The translations under genes were made by a program, and so were the position numbers. A stretch of 64,000 nt of DNA from Methyloligellaceae bacterium (GTDB lineage Bacteria > Pseudomonadota > Alphaproteobacteria > Rhizobiales > CBDHHC01), in the NCBI GenBank assembly GCA_965263345.1, contig CBDHHC010000021.1, forward strand, positions 4,182-68,181, read 5' to 3'. Positions 25,749 through 36,400 of the stretch are shown piece by piece. Positions within the stretch are counted from its first letter, which is position 1; every line of letters starts with the position of its first letter. Under the pieces are notes generated by a model. The model worked only from the letters and a program-made list of their open reading frames with translations. It ran no database searches and had not been told where the DNA came from.

Positions 25749-26827
25749 CAGTTACTCCTAAGTCTTGATACTTGATGACCGTCTATATTGAAAAGAAAAT
25801 AACGGTCAGGACTTACATAGAAAGTTGTCTTCTCTCCTACTTCTACAGAATGAACTCCATGGGACTGGGAAATCCATACGTGATCATCATGCTCAAAATG
25901 AATAACGCTTTCGGAGCCACTCAATTCTGTAATCAGAACTCGTCCAGTAATTTGAATATCTTTATCACTTTTTTTGAATGGACTAATCCAATGTGGTCGA
26001 ATGCCTATGTTATAGGGTGCATCAGGCAATTGCATATCTTCATCCTGTAAGCGCCATTCTGCATTATTTCCAAACAAAAGATGATTGCCATTTTTTTTCA
26101 CCTGTATTGTATTAATTGGAGGCTCAGAGTAAATTTTTGCTGTAAGAATATCGATTGGAGAGCGGTAAATTTTACTGCTTGGTCCATATGCCGTTACTCT
26201 GCCTTCATGTAAAGTTGCGGTATGCCCACCAAGTAAAAGTGCTTCTCCAGGTTCGCTAGTTGCATAAACAACAGTGCAATTTCTTTCGGAAAAAAGTTTG
26301 GGGAGTTCATCACGCAATTCTTCACGTAGTTTATAATCAAGATTGGCGAGAGGTTCATCTAACAGGACAAGACCAGCATCTTTGACTAGTGCTCTGGCCA
26401 GAGCGGTTCGTTGTTGTTGTCCTCCAGAAAGTTCTGTCGGTTTACGTTGAAGCATAGGTGTTAACTTCATAAGATCTGCTATTTTTATGACGCGTTCTTC
26501 AATTTCTGACTTAGAAATACGTGCCACTCGCAACGGTGAGGCTATATTATCAAAAACACTCCAATTTGGATAATTGATAAACTGCTGGTAGACCATTGCC
26601 ACATTGCGTTTTTGAACAGAAAAGCGGGTAACATTTTCACCATCATGCCATATTTCCCCGCTCGTTGGTTTTACAAGCCCAGCCATAAGATGCATGAGGG
26701 TTGTCTTGCCAGAGAGTGTCGTTCCAAGGAGCACATTGAACTCATTTTCAACAAAACTCAGATCCGTTGGATATATGTGAGTTTCTAGCCCAACAACGAG
26801 GCTTATATTTTTTAGTTCTAGACCCAC
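25748..26827 (-). CDS. ABC transporter ATP-binding protein (second ATPase)
   Basis: 359 aa with Walker A GTTLSGKTT, signature LSGGQQQR, and Walker B LVLLDEP. Confidence 0.9.
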   Translation of the reverse strand: MGLELKNISLVVGLETHIYPTDLSFVENEFNVLLGTTLSGKTTLMHLMAGLVKPTSGEIWHDGENVTRFSVQKRNVAMVYQQFINYPNWSVFDNIASPLRVARISKSEIEERVIKIADLMKLTPMLQRKPTELSGGQQQRTALARALVKDAGLVLLDEPLANLDYKLREELRDELPKLFSERNCTVVYATSEPGEALLLGGHTATLHEGRVTAYGPSSKIYRSPIDILTAKIYSEPPINTIQVKKNGNHLLFGNNAEWRLQDEDMQLPDAPYNIGIRPHWISPFKKSDKDIQITGRVLITELSGSESVIHFEHDDHVWISQSHGVHSVEVGEKTTFYVSPDRYFLFNIDGHQVSRLRSN

Positions 26828-26878
26828 TCTATAATTCCCGGGTGAATTGTTGCTTGAAACTAAATTAAAATTTTATAA

Positions 26879-26910
26879 CAAGCTGTAGGAGAAACTTTCC
26901 CTACAGCTTG
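26879..26910 (-). terminator. Intra-operon stem-loop between the binding-protein gene and the ATPase gene (attenuator or mRNA stabiliser)
   Basis: There is a perfect 11-bp stem CAAGCTGTAGG-agaaactttc-CCTACAGCTTG. On the minus strand it is followed by an A/T-rich tract. Confidence 0.4.
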
Positions 26911-26941
26911 AATATATTGCACTAAAAAGTGTTGGACTAAG

Positions 26942-28678
26942 CTAACCTTTTTTCCATCTTTTTATGAGTTCTTCATATGAGATAGTTTGACCTTTTGGTT
27001 TTTCATTGGAGAGTTTTGCTTTTGCGCCACCTTTTCCAAGCCAGTCAGCCGCTGATTTCTCAGGATTAAGTCGTGGACCGCATCCTCCATAAATCTTTGC
27101 TTTCTCATCCGCAGCTTGCATTCTAGACATCACTTGATCCATTTCGTTTGCCAGTCTGTCCATGGCTTGCTGTGGTGTAAAGGTTCCGGAGTTTACATCA
27201 CCAATATTTTGCCACCATAGCTGAGCAAGTTTTGGATAATCAGGAACATTGACGCCTGTTGGTGTCCAGTTGACACGGTCTGGAGACCGATAAAATTCAA
27301 CAAGACCTCCCAGTTTGCTTGCTCTTTCAGTAAAGCTCTTATGACGCACAGAACTGTCACGTATAAAAGTCAGACCAACATGGCTTTTCTTAACATCTAC
27401 AGTTTTAGAGACGACAAACTGAGCGTAAAGCCATGCTGCTTTGCGTCGTTTTAAAGGTGTTGATTTAAAGAGAGTCCAAGATCCTGCATCCTGATAACCA
27501 AGCTTTTGCCCTTCTTCCCAGTATGGTCCTTTAGGAGACGGAGCCATACGCCATAATGGCTTGCCCGATGTATCAACAGTATTGTTACCTTTGTCTTTTG
27601 GTGCGACCATAGAGGCTGTAAAAGCTGTATACCAGAAAATCTGTTGAGCGACATTACCCTGCGCAAGTGCCGGTAGCGATTGATAGAAGTCGTAGTCAGC
27701 AGCCCCAGGAGGAGCATATTTACGTAACCACTCATCCCATTTGCGTATAGCATATACTGCAGCAGGGCCGTTGGTTCCGCCACCACGTTTTACAGAAGCG
27801 CCAAGTGGGTTACATTTCCCTGCTTCCATTCGGATACCCCATTCATCAATAGGACGTCCATTAGGAAGGCCTTTTGATCCGGCACCAGCCATTGACAGCC
27901 ATGCATCAGTCATGCGCCAGCCAAGGTCTGGGGCACGTTTACCATAGTCCATATGCCCATAAATACGAACACCATCAATTTCTTTGACATGCACAGAGAA
28001 AAACTCTGCTATATCCTCATAAGCAGACCAGTTTAAAGGGACACCAAGTTCATAACCATATTTCTCCTTAAACTTCTTTTTGATATCTTCTCGGTCAAAC
28101 CAATCTTTGCGGAACCAGTAAAGGTTAGCAAACTGTTGGTCTGGTAGCTGATAAAGTTTTCCGTCAGGACCAGTTGTAAATGACTTACCAATAAAATCTT
28201 CAATATCTAAGGATGGTAACGTGACATCTTTACCATCACCAGCCATCCAATCCGTTAAGTTTACAGCAAGTTGTAATCTTGAATGCGTACCAATCAGGTC
28301 TGAGTCATTGATATATGCATCGTATAAATTTCGCTTAGTCTGCATCTGTGTCTGTACAGCTTGAACAACTTCTCCTTCTCCAAGGAGTTGATGATTAACT
28401 TTTATTCCAGTGATTGCCTCAAAGGCCTTCGTAAGAGTTTTTGACTCGTATTCATGTGTTGGTATTGTTTCAGAAAGAACATTGATTTCCATACCTTTGA
28501 ATGGTTCAGCAGCTTTAATAAACCATTTCATTTCTTCCAGCTGCTTTTCTTTACTAAGAGTGGATGGCTGGAACTCTTTTTCGATCCAATTCTTCGCTGC
28601 ATTTATATCGGCGAAAACACTCGTTGAAAAGAGCAAAGCCATACACATACAGCCGATTAGCAGTATTGTGTTCCTCAT
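26942..28678 (-). CDS. Large periplasmic substrate-binding protein of the glycerol-type ABC transporter
   Basis: 578 aa with a signal peptide (MRNTILLIGCMCMALLFSTSVFA). It is the first gene of the operon, divergent from glpD. Confidence 0.75.
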   Translation of the reverse strand: MRNTILLIGCMCMALLFSTSVFADINAAKNWIEKEFQPSTLSKEKQLEEMKWFIKAAEPFKGMEINVLSETIPTHEYESKTLTKAFEAITGIKVNHQLLGEGEVVQAVQTQMQTKRNLYDAYINDSDLIGTHSRLQLAVNLTDWMAGDGKDVTLPSLDIEDFIGKSFTTGPDGKLYQLPDQQFANLYWFRKDWFDREDIKKKFKEKYGYELGVPLNWSAYEDIAEFFSVHVKEIDGVRIYGHMDYGKRAPDLGWRMTDAWLSMAGAGSKGLPNGRPIDEWGIRMEAGKCNPLGASVKRGGGTNGPAAVYAIRKWDEWLRKYAPPGAADYDFYQSLPALAQGNVAQQIFWYTAFTASMVAPKDKGNNTVDTSGKPLWRMAPSPKGPYWEEGQKLGYQDAGSWTLFKSTPLKRRKAAWLYAQFVVSKTVDVKKSHVGLTFIRDSSVRHKSFTERASKLGGLVEFYRSPDRVNWTPTGVNVPDYPKLAQLWWQNIGDVNSGTFTPQQAMDRLANEMDQVMSRMQAADEKAKIYGGCGPRLNPEKSAADWLGKGGAKAKLSNEKPKGQTISYEELIKRWKKG

Positions 28679-29070
28679 AATTCTATTCCTCCCTACAAAA
28701 TAATAGAACGAAAAACACGCTTAAAACGAAAGAAAAAGAATGTCAATTGAAACTAAAATACTAGATACATGAATTCGCGGGTATTATTTTTCATAATAAA
28801 AAATATATTCAGTCGGAATAATTGATTTTAGTAGTATATGTAAATTAACAGAGTGCATATTAATTATATTTATCAATATGATAATTTGATTTAGATCTGT
28901 TTTTATTTGTTTTTACATAAAGATATTAAAGCTACGAAAATATAGACCTATGTCTATACTACTCATTTTTTACACCTAATGACCCTAAATTGACAACCTC
29001 ACAAAGGACAACAAGTTAAAAATAAGAGTTGAACAACAAAAAAACTAATTGCATAAAAGAAAATAAAAAC

Positions 29071-29088
29071 TTTCGAAATGTTTCGAAA
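29071..29088 (+). promoter_or_regulatory. Candidate GlpR operators: two TTTCGAAA palindromes phased by 10 bp upstream of glpD
   Basis: TTTCGAAA occurs at 29071..29078 and 29081..29088. The context aaATGTTTCGAAAaa resembles TTCG/CGAA half-sites of DeoR/GlpR operators. They lie upstream of the probable glpD start at 29137. Confidence 0.3.
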
Positions 29089-29136
29089 AATTTCATATTG
29101 CAATCTAATAAAGCAAAACTGGAGTGTATAAATCAA

Positions 29137-30630
29137 ATGTTTGACATTGCAGTCATAGGTGGAGGAATAAACGGAACTGGAATTGCTAGAGATGCTGCAG
29201 GTCGAGGTTACTCCGTTTATTTAGCGGAAAAAGATGATCTCGCGAGCGGCACGTCCTCTTGGTCTACCAAACTGATTCATGGTGGTCTAAGATACCTGGA
29301 GCATTACGAATTCCGGTTAGTCCGTGAGGCCTTGAAAGAACGAGAAGTCTTATGGTCTATTGCTCCTCATGTAATTTGGCCACTACGTTTTATTCTTCCT
29401 GTGAATAATACTATTAGACCTGCGTGGATGATCCGACTTGGACTATTCTTATATGATCATATCGGTGGTCGCAAACTTTTACCAGGAACGAAAGTTCTTG
29501 ATTTAAGAAATGATCCAGCAGGTATTCCCCTTAAACCAGGGTTTAAAAAAGCTTATGAATATTCTGACTGTTGGGTAGATGATGCGAGGTTGGTGATTTT
29601 AAATGCAAGAGATGCTGCGGATAGAGGTGCTGACATACAAACACGTACAGAAATCACTCAGGCAAAACGAGAGGGTAAACATTGGAATATTACAACACGT
29701 AACCATCTAACAGGAGAAAAGAATAATATAAAAGCACGATTTTTAATCAATGCCTCAGGCCCTTGGGTTGATATCGTTATCAATAATGTATTGCAGTCCA
29801 GTAATGAGCATAATATCCGGTTGGTTCAGGGTAGTCATATCGTTGTGCCGAAACTGTTTGATCATAATCGTTGCTATTTTTTCCAAAATCCAGACGGCCG
29901 AATCTTTTTTGCTATACCATACGAACAGAATTTCACACTCATTGGTACAACTGATCACGACTATAATGACCAACCAGAAAATGTAAGAATCTCAGATCAA
30001 GAAACAACCTATCTGTGTGAGTCTGCCAGTAGATATTTTAATAAGACCATTACCAGGGACGAGGTCGTTTGGGCTTTTTCAGGAGTTAGACCTCTATACA
30101 ACGATGGTGCCAGCAAGGCACAGGAGGCAACAAGAGATTATATTCTCAAGCTCCAAAGAAATGATAATAATGCACCTTTACTAAATATTTTTGGGGGAAA
30201 GCTGACAACATATAGGAAACTGGCAGAATCCGCGTTAGAGTCTATTGAGGATTATCTTGGGCCTCGTGGAGCTGCATGGACAGATTCCGTAGCCTTACCT
30301 GGTGGAAATTTTTCATGTGATGGTTTTGATAAACAGGTCGAGTTTCTAATAAGTAGCTTCAATTTCATAGATAAAGAACTGGCTGAAAGATATATCCGTT
30401 GTTATGGAACAAAGGCCTGGGATATCTTAGAAAATGCTAGCGTAATTGGAGACTTAGGTCTTTCTTTTGGTAATGGCCTAACAGAGCGTGAATTAAATTA
30501 TCTCAGATCTCAAGAATGGGCAATTACCGCTGAAGACATCTTGTGGCGACGGACCAAATTAGGTTTATGTTTCACGAAAGAGGACATTGAAAATCTAGAG
30601 CAATGGTTAAGGGCAAACCCAGCCAATTAA
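29137..30630 (+). CDS. glpD: Glycerol-3-phosphate dehydrogenase (FAD-dependent)
   Basis: The sequence MFDIAVIGGGINGTGIARDAAGRG is the FAD fold start. The ORF-track start at 29029 (TTG) adds an implausible 36-aa extension. Confidence 0.9.
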   Translation: MFDIAVIGGGINGTGIARDAAGRGYSVYLAEKDDLASGTSSWSTKLIHGGLRYLEHYEFRLVREALKEREVLWSIAPHVIWPLRFILPVNNTIRPAWMIRLGLFLYDHIGGRKLLPGTKVLDLRNDPAGIPLKPGFKKAYEYSDCWVDDARLVILNARDAADRGADIQTRTEITQAKREGKHWNITTRNHLTGEKNNIKARFLINASGPWVDIVINNVLQSSNEHNIRLVQGSHIVVPKLFDHNRCYFFQNPDGRIFFAIPYEQNFTLIGTTDHDYNDQPENVRISDQETTYLCESASRYFNKTITRDEVVWAFSGVRPLYNDGASKAQEATRDYILKLQRNDNNAPLLNIFGGKLTTYRKLAESALESIEDYLGPRGAAWTDSVALPGGNFSCDGFDKQVEFLISSFNFIDKELAERYIRCYGTKAWDILENASVIGDLGLSFGNGLTERELNYLRSQEWAITAEDILWRRTKLGLCFTKEDIENLEQWLRANPAN

Positions 30631-30716
30631 GAATTCTGCTACACTTGACTAATTGTGTATTCCATAAAAGCAAGTATATTTCATAGTTTAATATTCGAAT
30701 ATAATTGAGAGATATT

Positions 30717-32201
30717 ATGACCAAATACGTGCTCGCTATAGATCAGGGAACAACATCTAGTCGGGCGATACTTTTTGATGAAAATTTAAATATTAATTCT
30801 ATCGGTCAGGAGGAATTTCCTCAGCATTACCCTATATCAGGCTGGGTAGAACACGATCCTGAGGATTTATGGAATAGTACAGTATCTGCTTGTCGGATGG
30901 CCCTGACAAAAGCTCTGGCGAATACTGCAGATATCGTTGCTGTTGGAATTACAAACCAGAGAGAAACAACACTCGTTTGGGACCGTGAAACAGGGATTCC
31001 TATTTATAACGCAATTGTCTGGCAGGATAGAAGAACAGCAGAGCTGTGCTCATCCCTTAAAGCTGCTGGCCATGAAGAAATGGTTACGCAAAAGACAGGC
31101 CTTCTGCTTGATCCATATTTTTCAGGGTCGAAAATATCCTGGTTACTTGATAATGTAGAAGGGGCGAGGCAAAAAGCCGATTTAGGAAAGCTCGCATTCG
31201 GAACGGTAGATAGTTTTCTGCTATGGCGATTTACCAACGGCAAGGCCCATGTTACTGATGCTACGAATGCCAGCCGTACAATGTTGTATGATATTCGCCA
31301 AGGTGATTGGAGTGATGATCTTCTTCAATTATTCCGTGCACCACGTTCAATGATGCCTGATGTATATGACTGTACATCAAATTTTGCAAAAATTGACGCT
31401 AATATTTTTGGTAAAGAAATGCAAGTTTCTGGTGTTGCAGGAGATCAGCAGGCTGCCACTATAGGTCAGGCTTGCTTTGAACCAGGGATGATGAAATCAA
31501 CCTATGGCACAGGTTGTTTCGCTCTGATGAATACGGGAGAGACCCCAGTACATTCAAATAACAGAATTCTAACAACAGTAGCATATCGGTTGAAAGGTAA
31601 GACTACATATGCGCTTGAAGGTTCTATTTTCATAGCAGGCGCAGCGGTGCAATGGCTTCGTGATGCTCTTGGTTTAATTAAGACAGCACAACACTCATCT
31701 GAACTTGCTGCAATCGCTGACGACACGCAAAATGTTATACTTGTCCCAGCATTTGTGGGTTTAGGTGCTCCCTATTGGGACGCAGATTGTCGAGGGGCAA
31801 TTTTTGGTCTCACGAGAAATTCCGGACCAGCAGAATTATCTCGAGCTGTTTTAGAAAGTGTTTGCTATCAAACCCGGGATCTCATGGATGCAATGATAAA
31901 GGACTGGGGAACAAAAGCTAAAACTGTTCTTCGTGTTGATGGCGGGATGGTTGTCTCAGACTGGACCATGCAAAGACTATCTGATCTTTTAAATGCTTCT
32001 GTTGATCGTCCAAAAATACTTGAAACAACAGCTCTTGGTGCGGCTTATCTTGCTGGTATGCACCATGATTTCTATCCAGAACCTGAAACTTTTAGCAAAC
32101 AATGGTCCAGGGACCGAAGATTCACACCCCAAATGTCTGCAATCAAACGCGAAGAAAAATATATGGCCTGGAAAAATGCTGTATCAAGAACTCTAAGTTA
32201 G
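30717..32201 (+). CDS. glpK: Glycerol kinase
   Basis: The sequence [21 protein letters not shown] is the FGGY kinase N-terminus, and the full length is conserved. Confidence 0.95.
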   Translation: MTKYVLAIDQGTTSSRAILFDENLNINSIGQEEFPQHYPISGWVEHDPEDLWNSTVSACRMALTKALANTADIVAVGITNQRETTLVWDRETGIPIYNAIVWQDRRTAELCSSLKAAGHEEMVTQKTGLLLDPYFSGSKISWLLDNVEGARQKADLGKLAFGTVDSFLLWRFTNGKAHVTDATNASRTMLYDIRQGDWSDDLLQLFRAPRSMMPDVYDCTSNFAKIDANIFGKEMQVSGVAGDQQAATIGQACFEPGMMKSTYGTGCFALMNTGETPVHSNNRILTTVAYRLKGKTTYALEGSIFIAGAAVQWLRDALGLIKTAQHSSELAAIADDTQNVILVPAFVGLGAPYWDADCRGAIFGLTRNSGPAELSRAVLESVCYQTRDLMDAMIKDWGTKAKTVLRVDGGMVVSDWTMQRLSDLLNASVDRPKILETTALGAAYLAGMHHDFYPEPETFSKQWSRDRRFTPQMSAIKREEKYMAWKNAVSRTLS

Positions 32202-32545
32202 ACACTTGCTTTACATGTGTGATTGTTTGGATATGTACTATTATTTTTATTTTTGTATTCCAACAGTCGCAATTGCATTTTACCTAAAGGCAAGGCCATT
32301 TAGGATATGCTCAGAAGGTCTAAACTGGTTATAAATGTCTGAGATATGTGATCCCTTAGATTACAAAGTTGACGGATATAAGAGTGAATAATGAATGGTC
32401 AGGAATATTATAAGCAACTTGAGCTATAGTTAATCGAAAAATAAAAACTCTATTATTGGTTACATTACAATTGAAGAATTGATCAAACTTTTAATCACTA
32501 GGTTATAGGCTCTCTACTATTTTGAAAATTTTGTCAAAATACAAC

Positions 32546-32720
32546 CCCAGCTAGACTGAGCATGTTGCCCAGTCTGAATGTTCTTGCCTTTGTCTGCACA
32601 GCAGTTGGTGATAGGGTTTATGCATGAAAGGTAGGGTCGCATCAGTATGATACGATCCGCAATAAGGTTTAGCTCACAATAAAATGTACCCCCGCGGGTA
32701 AGACTTACAAAGTCTTACCC
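32546..32720 (+). repeat. Repeat family A copy 3 (long variant with terminal hairpin GGGTAAGACTT-acaa-AGTCTTACCC)
   Basis: The head is CCCCAGCTAGACTGAGCATGTTGCCCAGTCTGA, with the core GTTCTTGCC. The tail is shared with 16895..17050. Confidence 0.8.
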
Positions 32721-33035
32721 TGACATTCAGGCAATTCTTTCATTTCGTTGTAAAACTAATATTCTAGCATAAATTATAAGTTAGCTTTGCAAACATAATC
32801 CTGCGGTTTTTATTGCCCCACTTATGCTCCTCGGGCTGAGGGGCTGTAACTGGCTCCGTGAAGCTGGAATATCCCTTCACAGGTAAAACCTTGACTTGCA
32901 TGTAATGCCAAACTCGCCGTCAAACATAGATTAATCTGAACAGTTTGAATCTCACAAATCATACGTTTATGCTTCGGGTTAACTTCAGTTATTATAAAAT
33001 ATATTGTGGAATCGGAAACAATCATTACGATTTTT

Positions 33036-35048
33036 CTAATATCCGTTCACAAGCCTTGGCAACCACAGAACAAGATCAGGATTAAATAGTACTATGGTTA
33101 GTGCGATCAATTGTAATATGATAAACGGCCATAAAGATAAAAATATTGTCGACAGAGATATATCTGGTGGAACGACTGATTTCAGGTAGAAGGCGGCAGG
33201 ACCAAAAGGTGGTGATAGGTAGGAAACCTGCATGTTCATAGCAAACAGGATCCCAAACCAAATCGGATCAAACCCAAGCTTGACAATAATCGGGACGAAT
33301 ATTGGCATGGTCAGTAAGGCAATGCCAGTCCAATCCATAAACAAACCAAGCAGAAGTAAAATCAACATCATAAACATGATGACAACAATAGGTGAGGCTT
33401 CCAGAGCTAGTATTTTACTTTCTACAAAACTATTTCCACCCATCAGATTATAAACACCGACTAGCGCTGATGCCCCAAGAATAATCCAGATGATCATTCC
33501 ACAAGTACTTAACGTTTGTTTTAGGCTTTCACTCACAAGCGTTGTGGTTAATTCTCCCCGAATGAATGCGCTAAAGACTGCTCCAACGACACCTAAACAC
33601 GCAGCTTCAGTAACAGATGCGATACCTCCGTAAATAGAGCCTAAAACAATAAACGCTATTGAGAGAGGAGGTATAGCACCCCTTAACTGTCGAATTTTCT
33701 CAGTCTGAGAAAGCTGAAGTTGATCATCAGATATCGATGGTGCAAGAGTAGGGTCAATTTTACATCGCACATATATGTATATTGCATAAATAGATGCCAG
33801 CATAAGACCCGGAACAATTGTTGCTAAAAACAAATCACTAATGGAAACACTTGCAACTAAGCCATATACAATAAGAACAATTGATGGTGGTATCATCGTC
33901 CCAAGCGATCCACCTGCGCATACTGTGCCAATAGCAAGAGATTTATTATAACCCAATCGAAGCATCTGAGGTAAAGCTATCATTCCAAGCAATACAATTT
34001 CACCGCCAATCACACCAGAAATGGCTGCTAGAAAAACAGAAGCAACTAAAGTTTGTATAGCAACACCGCCGCGAACACGACCGGCAACTATCTTGGCTGC
34101 ATTGTACAAATCATTTGCCATGCCGGATCTATCTAGAATAGACGCCATCAATACAAACATGGGAATAGCAGCAAGCACGTATTCATTGATCGCACTATAC
34201 ATGCGTGAAGAAACCAGAGGCACACCTAACGGTCCAAACCATGCAAGAGTAAATAACACTGCGACCAGGGCCGTCACAAATGCCAGGGGCATACCAGTTA
34301 AGAGTAACAGCATGATAACTGAAACAAAATATATTGAACCAGTTTCGATACCTAAACTTCGTCCTTGGGAGAAAAGGTGTATGCCCCCGGCAATTAGAAG
34401 AGTTGCTACCACTAGCAATAAGCCAATCGTAAATAGCGTCTGATAAGAATTTGATTTCTCAGAGGAGTAACTCCTGTACTGAGCATAATGAAAAGATTTA
34501 AGAAGGTGGAAAATACCTTGGATAGAAATAGTAATGGCTGTTAGAAAAAGTGCCAATTTAATTATTGCTGGTATGACGGGATTCCATGCAGAGCCAGATC
34601 TCTCTAAACTCCATTCGCCAACAGGAGAGATCCAAGCTTTATGCATCATCGTCCAGGCCGCATAGGAGAGCGCTGCTGCAAAGAATATTGTTAGCAATGC
34701 ATTTACGATGTCTAAGACTTGTCGGGTCCTGCCGACTGTACCAAAATAGATGACCCCGATACGAATATGCTTATCAGTTGCTAAACAATACATACCGCCA
34801 AATAAGTAACAAAATGCAATAAGGCCTATTGCCGTTTCATGGACCCAAATAGTAGGACTATCAAAAACATATCTTGCAATGATCTCATAAAATGAAATCA
34901 TCACGCCAATAGCAAATAAAACAGAAACATAACCACCAAATTTTTCAACAACATTATCTAAATAACTTTTATGTGTTTTTGGTTGTTGTTCACTTTTCAC
35001 TACCATTTCTGCCTTACTCTCGGCAGTCATTTCGTATTGATTGGCCAT
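33036..35048 (-). CDS. TRAP transporter fused small/large permease (DctQ-DctM fusion)
   Basis: 670 aa: about 190 aa with 4 TM helices, followed by a DctM-like domain of about 12 TM helices. Confidence 0.85.
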   Translation of the reverse strand: MANQYEMTAESKAEMVVKSEQQPKTHKSYLDNVVEKFGGYVSVLFAIGVMISFYEIIARYVFDSPTIWVHETAIGLIAFCYLFGGMYCLATDKHIRIGVIYFGTVGRTRQVLDIVNALLTIFFAAALSYAAWTMMHKAWISPVGEWSLERSGSAWNPVIPAIIKLALFLTAITISIQGIFHLLKSFHYAQYRSYSSEKSNSYQTLFTIGLLLVVATLLIAGGIHLFSQGRSLGIETGSIYFVSVIMLLLLTGMPLAFVTALVAVLFTLAWFGPLGVPLVSSRMYSAINEYVLAAIPMFVLMASILDRSGMANDLYNAAKIVAGRVRGGVAIQTLVASVFLAAISGVIGGEIVLLGMIALPQMLRLGYNKSLAIGTVCAGGSLGTMIPPSIVLIVYGLVASVSISDLFLATIVPGLMLASIYAIYIYVRCKIDPTLAPSISDDQLQLSQTEKIRQLRGAIPPLSIAFIVLGSIYGGIASVTEAACLGVVGAVFSAFIRGELTTTLVSESLKQTLSTCGMIIWIILGASALVGVYNLMGGNSFVESKILALEASPIVVIMFMMLILLLLGLFMDWTGIALLTMPIFVPIIVKLGFDPIWFGILFAMNMQVSYLSPPFGPAAFYLKSVVPPDISLSTIFLSLWPFIILQLIALTIVLFNPDLVLWLPRLVNGY

Positions 35049-35135
35049 ACAATAATTCTTATATTACAGATTACATTGATTGCTGAGTTCCGCAGCTCTT
35101 TGTAGAGCCACGGAATTGTTTTGGAATTAACCTGA

Positions 35136-36176
35136 TTATTTTAACATGCCAGATTTTTTCATGTATGAGGTGACAGTCTCAAAGACTTCTTTTGTTAAGT
35201 CATTTCGAGCAGCCCAATTTTTCCATTCACTTTGAGCAATAGCTCGGAACTTGGCACGCTCTTCGTTATTCCAGTTAATTATTTTTATAGAAGGATCTTT
35301 CTGTGCTTCGATTATTGCAGCAGCATTTTCAGCTTCCAAGCGAGATGTCATATCATATGCAAAATCTCTTACCGAAACCTCCAATATCAATTTAAGGTCA
35401 GCAGGAAGTTTATCCCACTCAGCTTTGTTCACTGAAACATCCAATACAGGCATAGAATGGAAACCTGGGTAAAGCGGATATTTGGCAAACTTGTGTAATC
35501 CTAGCTTATGGTTGGTTGAGAAAACTGTATAATCTGCTGCATCAATTACCCCTTTTTCTAGTGAGGTATAAACTTCCGAACCTGGAAGGTTTACAGGAGA
35601 TGCTCCGGCTTTCGCAAATACTTCTTGTACCATCCCTTCAGGCGCACGCATTTTAAGACCCTTAAGATCATTGACACCGTTTAGAGGCTTTTTGGAAACA
35701 AAAGCTTCTAGGCCAGTTGTTGTTGCACCAATAAAATGCAAGCCATAAGGATTCATCAGTTTGTTAAACAGCGCTTTACCGCCACCATATTCAATAAATT
35801 TAAAAAGTTGATCAGGGCTACTCCAGGCTCCAACAAGATTTCCTAACATACCAAATGCTGGGTTCTTTCCTGAAAAATAAGAAGGGTCAGTTATATGCCC
35901 TTGCAATATTCCAGATCCGACAGCTTCTAATGTTTCGTTGTATTGTACAACTGTTCCAACTGGAACAATTTTGATTTCTATGCGACCTCCACTCATAATC
36001 CCAACGCGTTTTGCCCATGCTTGTTTCATAGGGAAAAAGTTATCTCCAGCTTGGGATGAGGTTTGGAAAGTCCAATTAAATTTAGCCTTTTCAGCATAAG
36101 TATTAGTTGTGACAAGCGTGCAAAAGGCTAAAGCAGCAACTGCCATTTTTTGAAAATGACGGCGATTAACTATCAT
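35136..36176 (-). CDS. TRAP transporter substrate-binding protein (DctP family)
   Basis: 346 aa with a signal peptide (AVAALAFCTLVTTNTYA) and a DctP-type fold pattern. An imperfect hairpin lies between it and the permease gene (~35097..35117). Confidence 0.85.
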   Translation of the reverse strand: MIVNRRHFQKMAVAALAFCTLVTTNTYAEKAKFNWTFQTSSQAGDNFFPMKQAWAKRVGIMSGGRIEIKIVPVGTVVQYNETLEAVGSGILQGHITDPSYFSGKNPAFGMLGNLVGAWSSPDQLFKFIEYGGGKALFNKLMNPYGLHFIGATTTGLEAFVSKKPLNGVNDLKGLKMRAPEGMVQEVFAKAGASPVNLPGSEVYTSLEKGVIDAADYTVFSTNHKLGLHKFAKYPLYPGFHSMPVLDVSVNKAEWDKLPADLKLILEVSVRDFAYDMTSRLEAENAAAIIEAQKDPSIKIINWNNEERAKFRAIAQSEWKNWAARNDLTKEVFETVTSYMKKSGMLK

Positions 36177-36237
36177 ATTTTCCTCCCAGAATGATATTTC
36201 ACCAAAAAAAAGTTTGCAACATTATTATTTTAATGCT

Positions 36238-36271
36238 AGCGATATCGATAACGCTACCGTTAGCGCTAACG
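36238..36271 (+). promoter_or_regulatory. Candidate LacI-family operators in the divergent TRAP/lacI-type promoter region
   Basis: There is a perfect 14-bp palindrome CGTTAGCGCTAACG (36258..36271) with a central CG. An adjacent 18-bp near-palindrome AGCGATATCGATAACGCT (36238..36255) is symmetric at 16 of 18 positions. Confidence 0.4.
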
Positions 36272-36400
36272 ATTTTTTATATTGTAATATTTTTTTAATG
36301 GAGTCAACTGGAGTAATTATGTATTTTATTGAAATCAATGTGTTCGTATATTTTAAATAAGCTCTTTGCTAAGGAATGTTTGAGGTTAGATTTAGAGAAA

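Noticed and set aside
29029-29136. N-terminal extensions proposed by the ORF track (glpD from 29029, LacI regulator from 36329, ccdA from 41164, DUF192 from 55939, otnI-like from 40214)
   Set aside because: The extensions use TTG or upstream ATG codons. They add non-conserved residues before canonical N-termini (FAD fold, HTH). In some cases they overlap regulatory palindromes or the neighbouring gene. Internal ATG starts were preferred.
32721-33035. Unannotated ~300 nt downstream of the TRAP permease gene, including a 67-aa ORF (32822..33025) and a GC-richer stretch (GGGCTGAGGGGCTGTAACTGGCTCC…). Considered as a possible structured RNA (tmRNA or SRP-like).
   Set aside because: I could not match it to any RNA family consensus I know or draw a convincing conserved fold by eye. 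The ORF has no family features. It is left uncalled; an Rfam scan would settle it.
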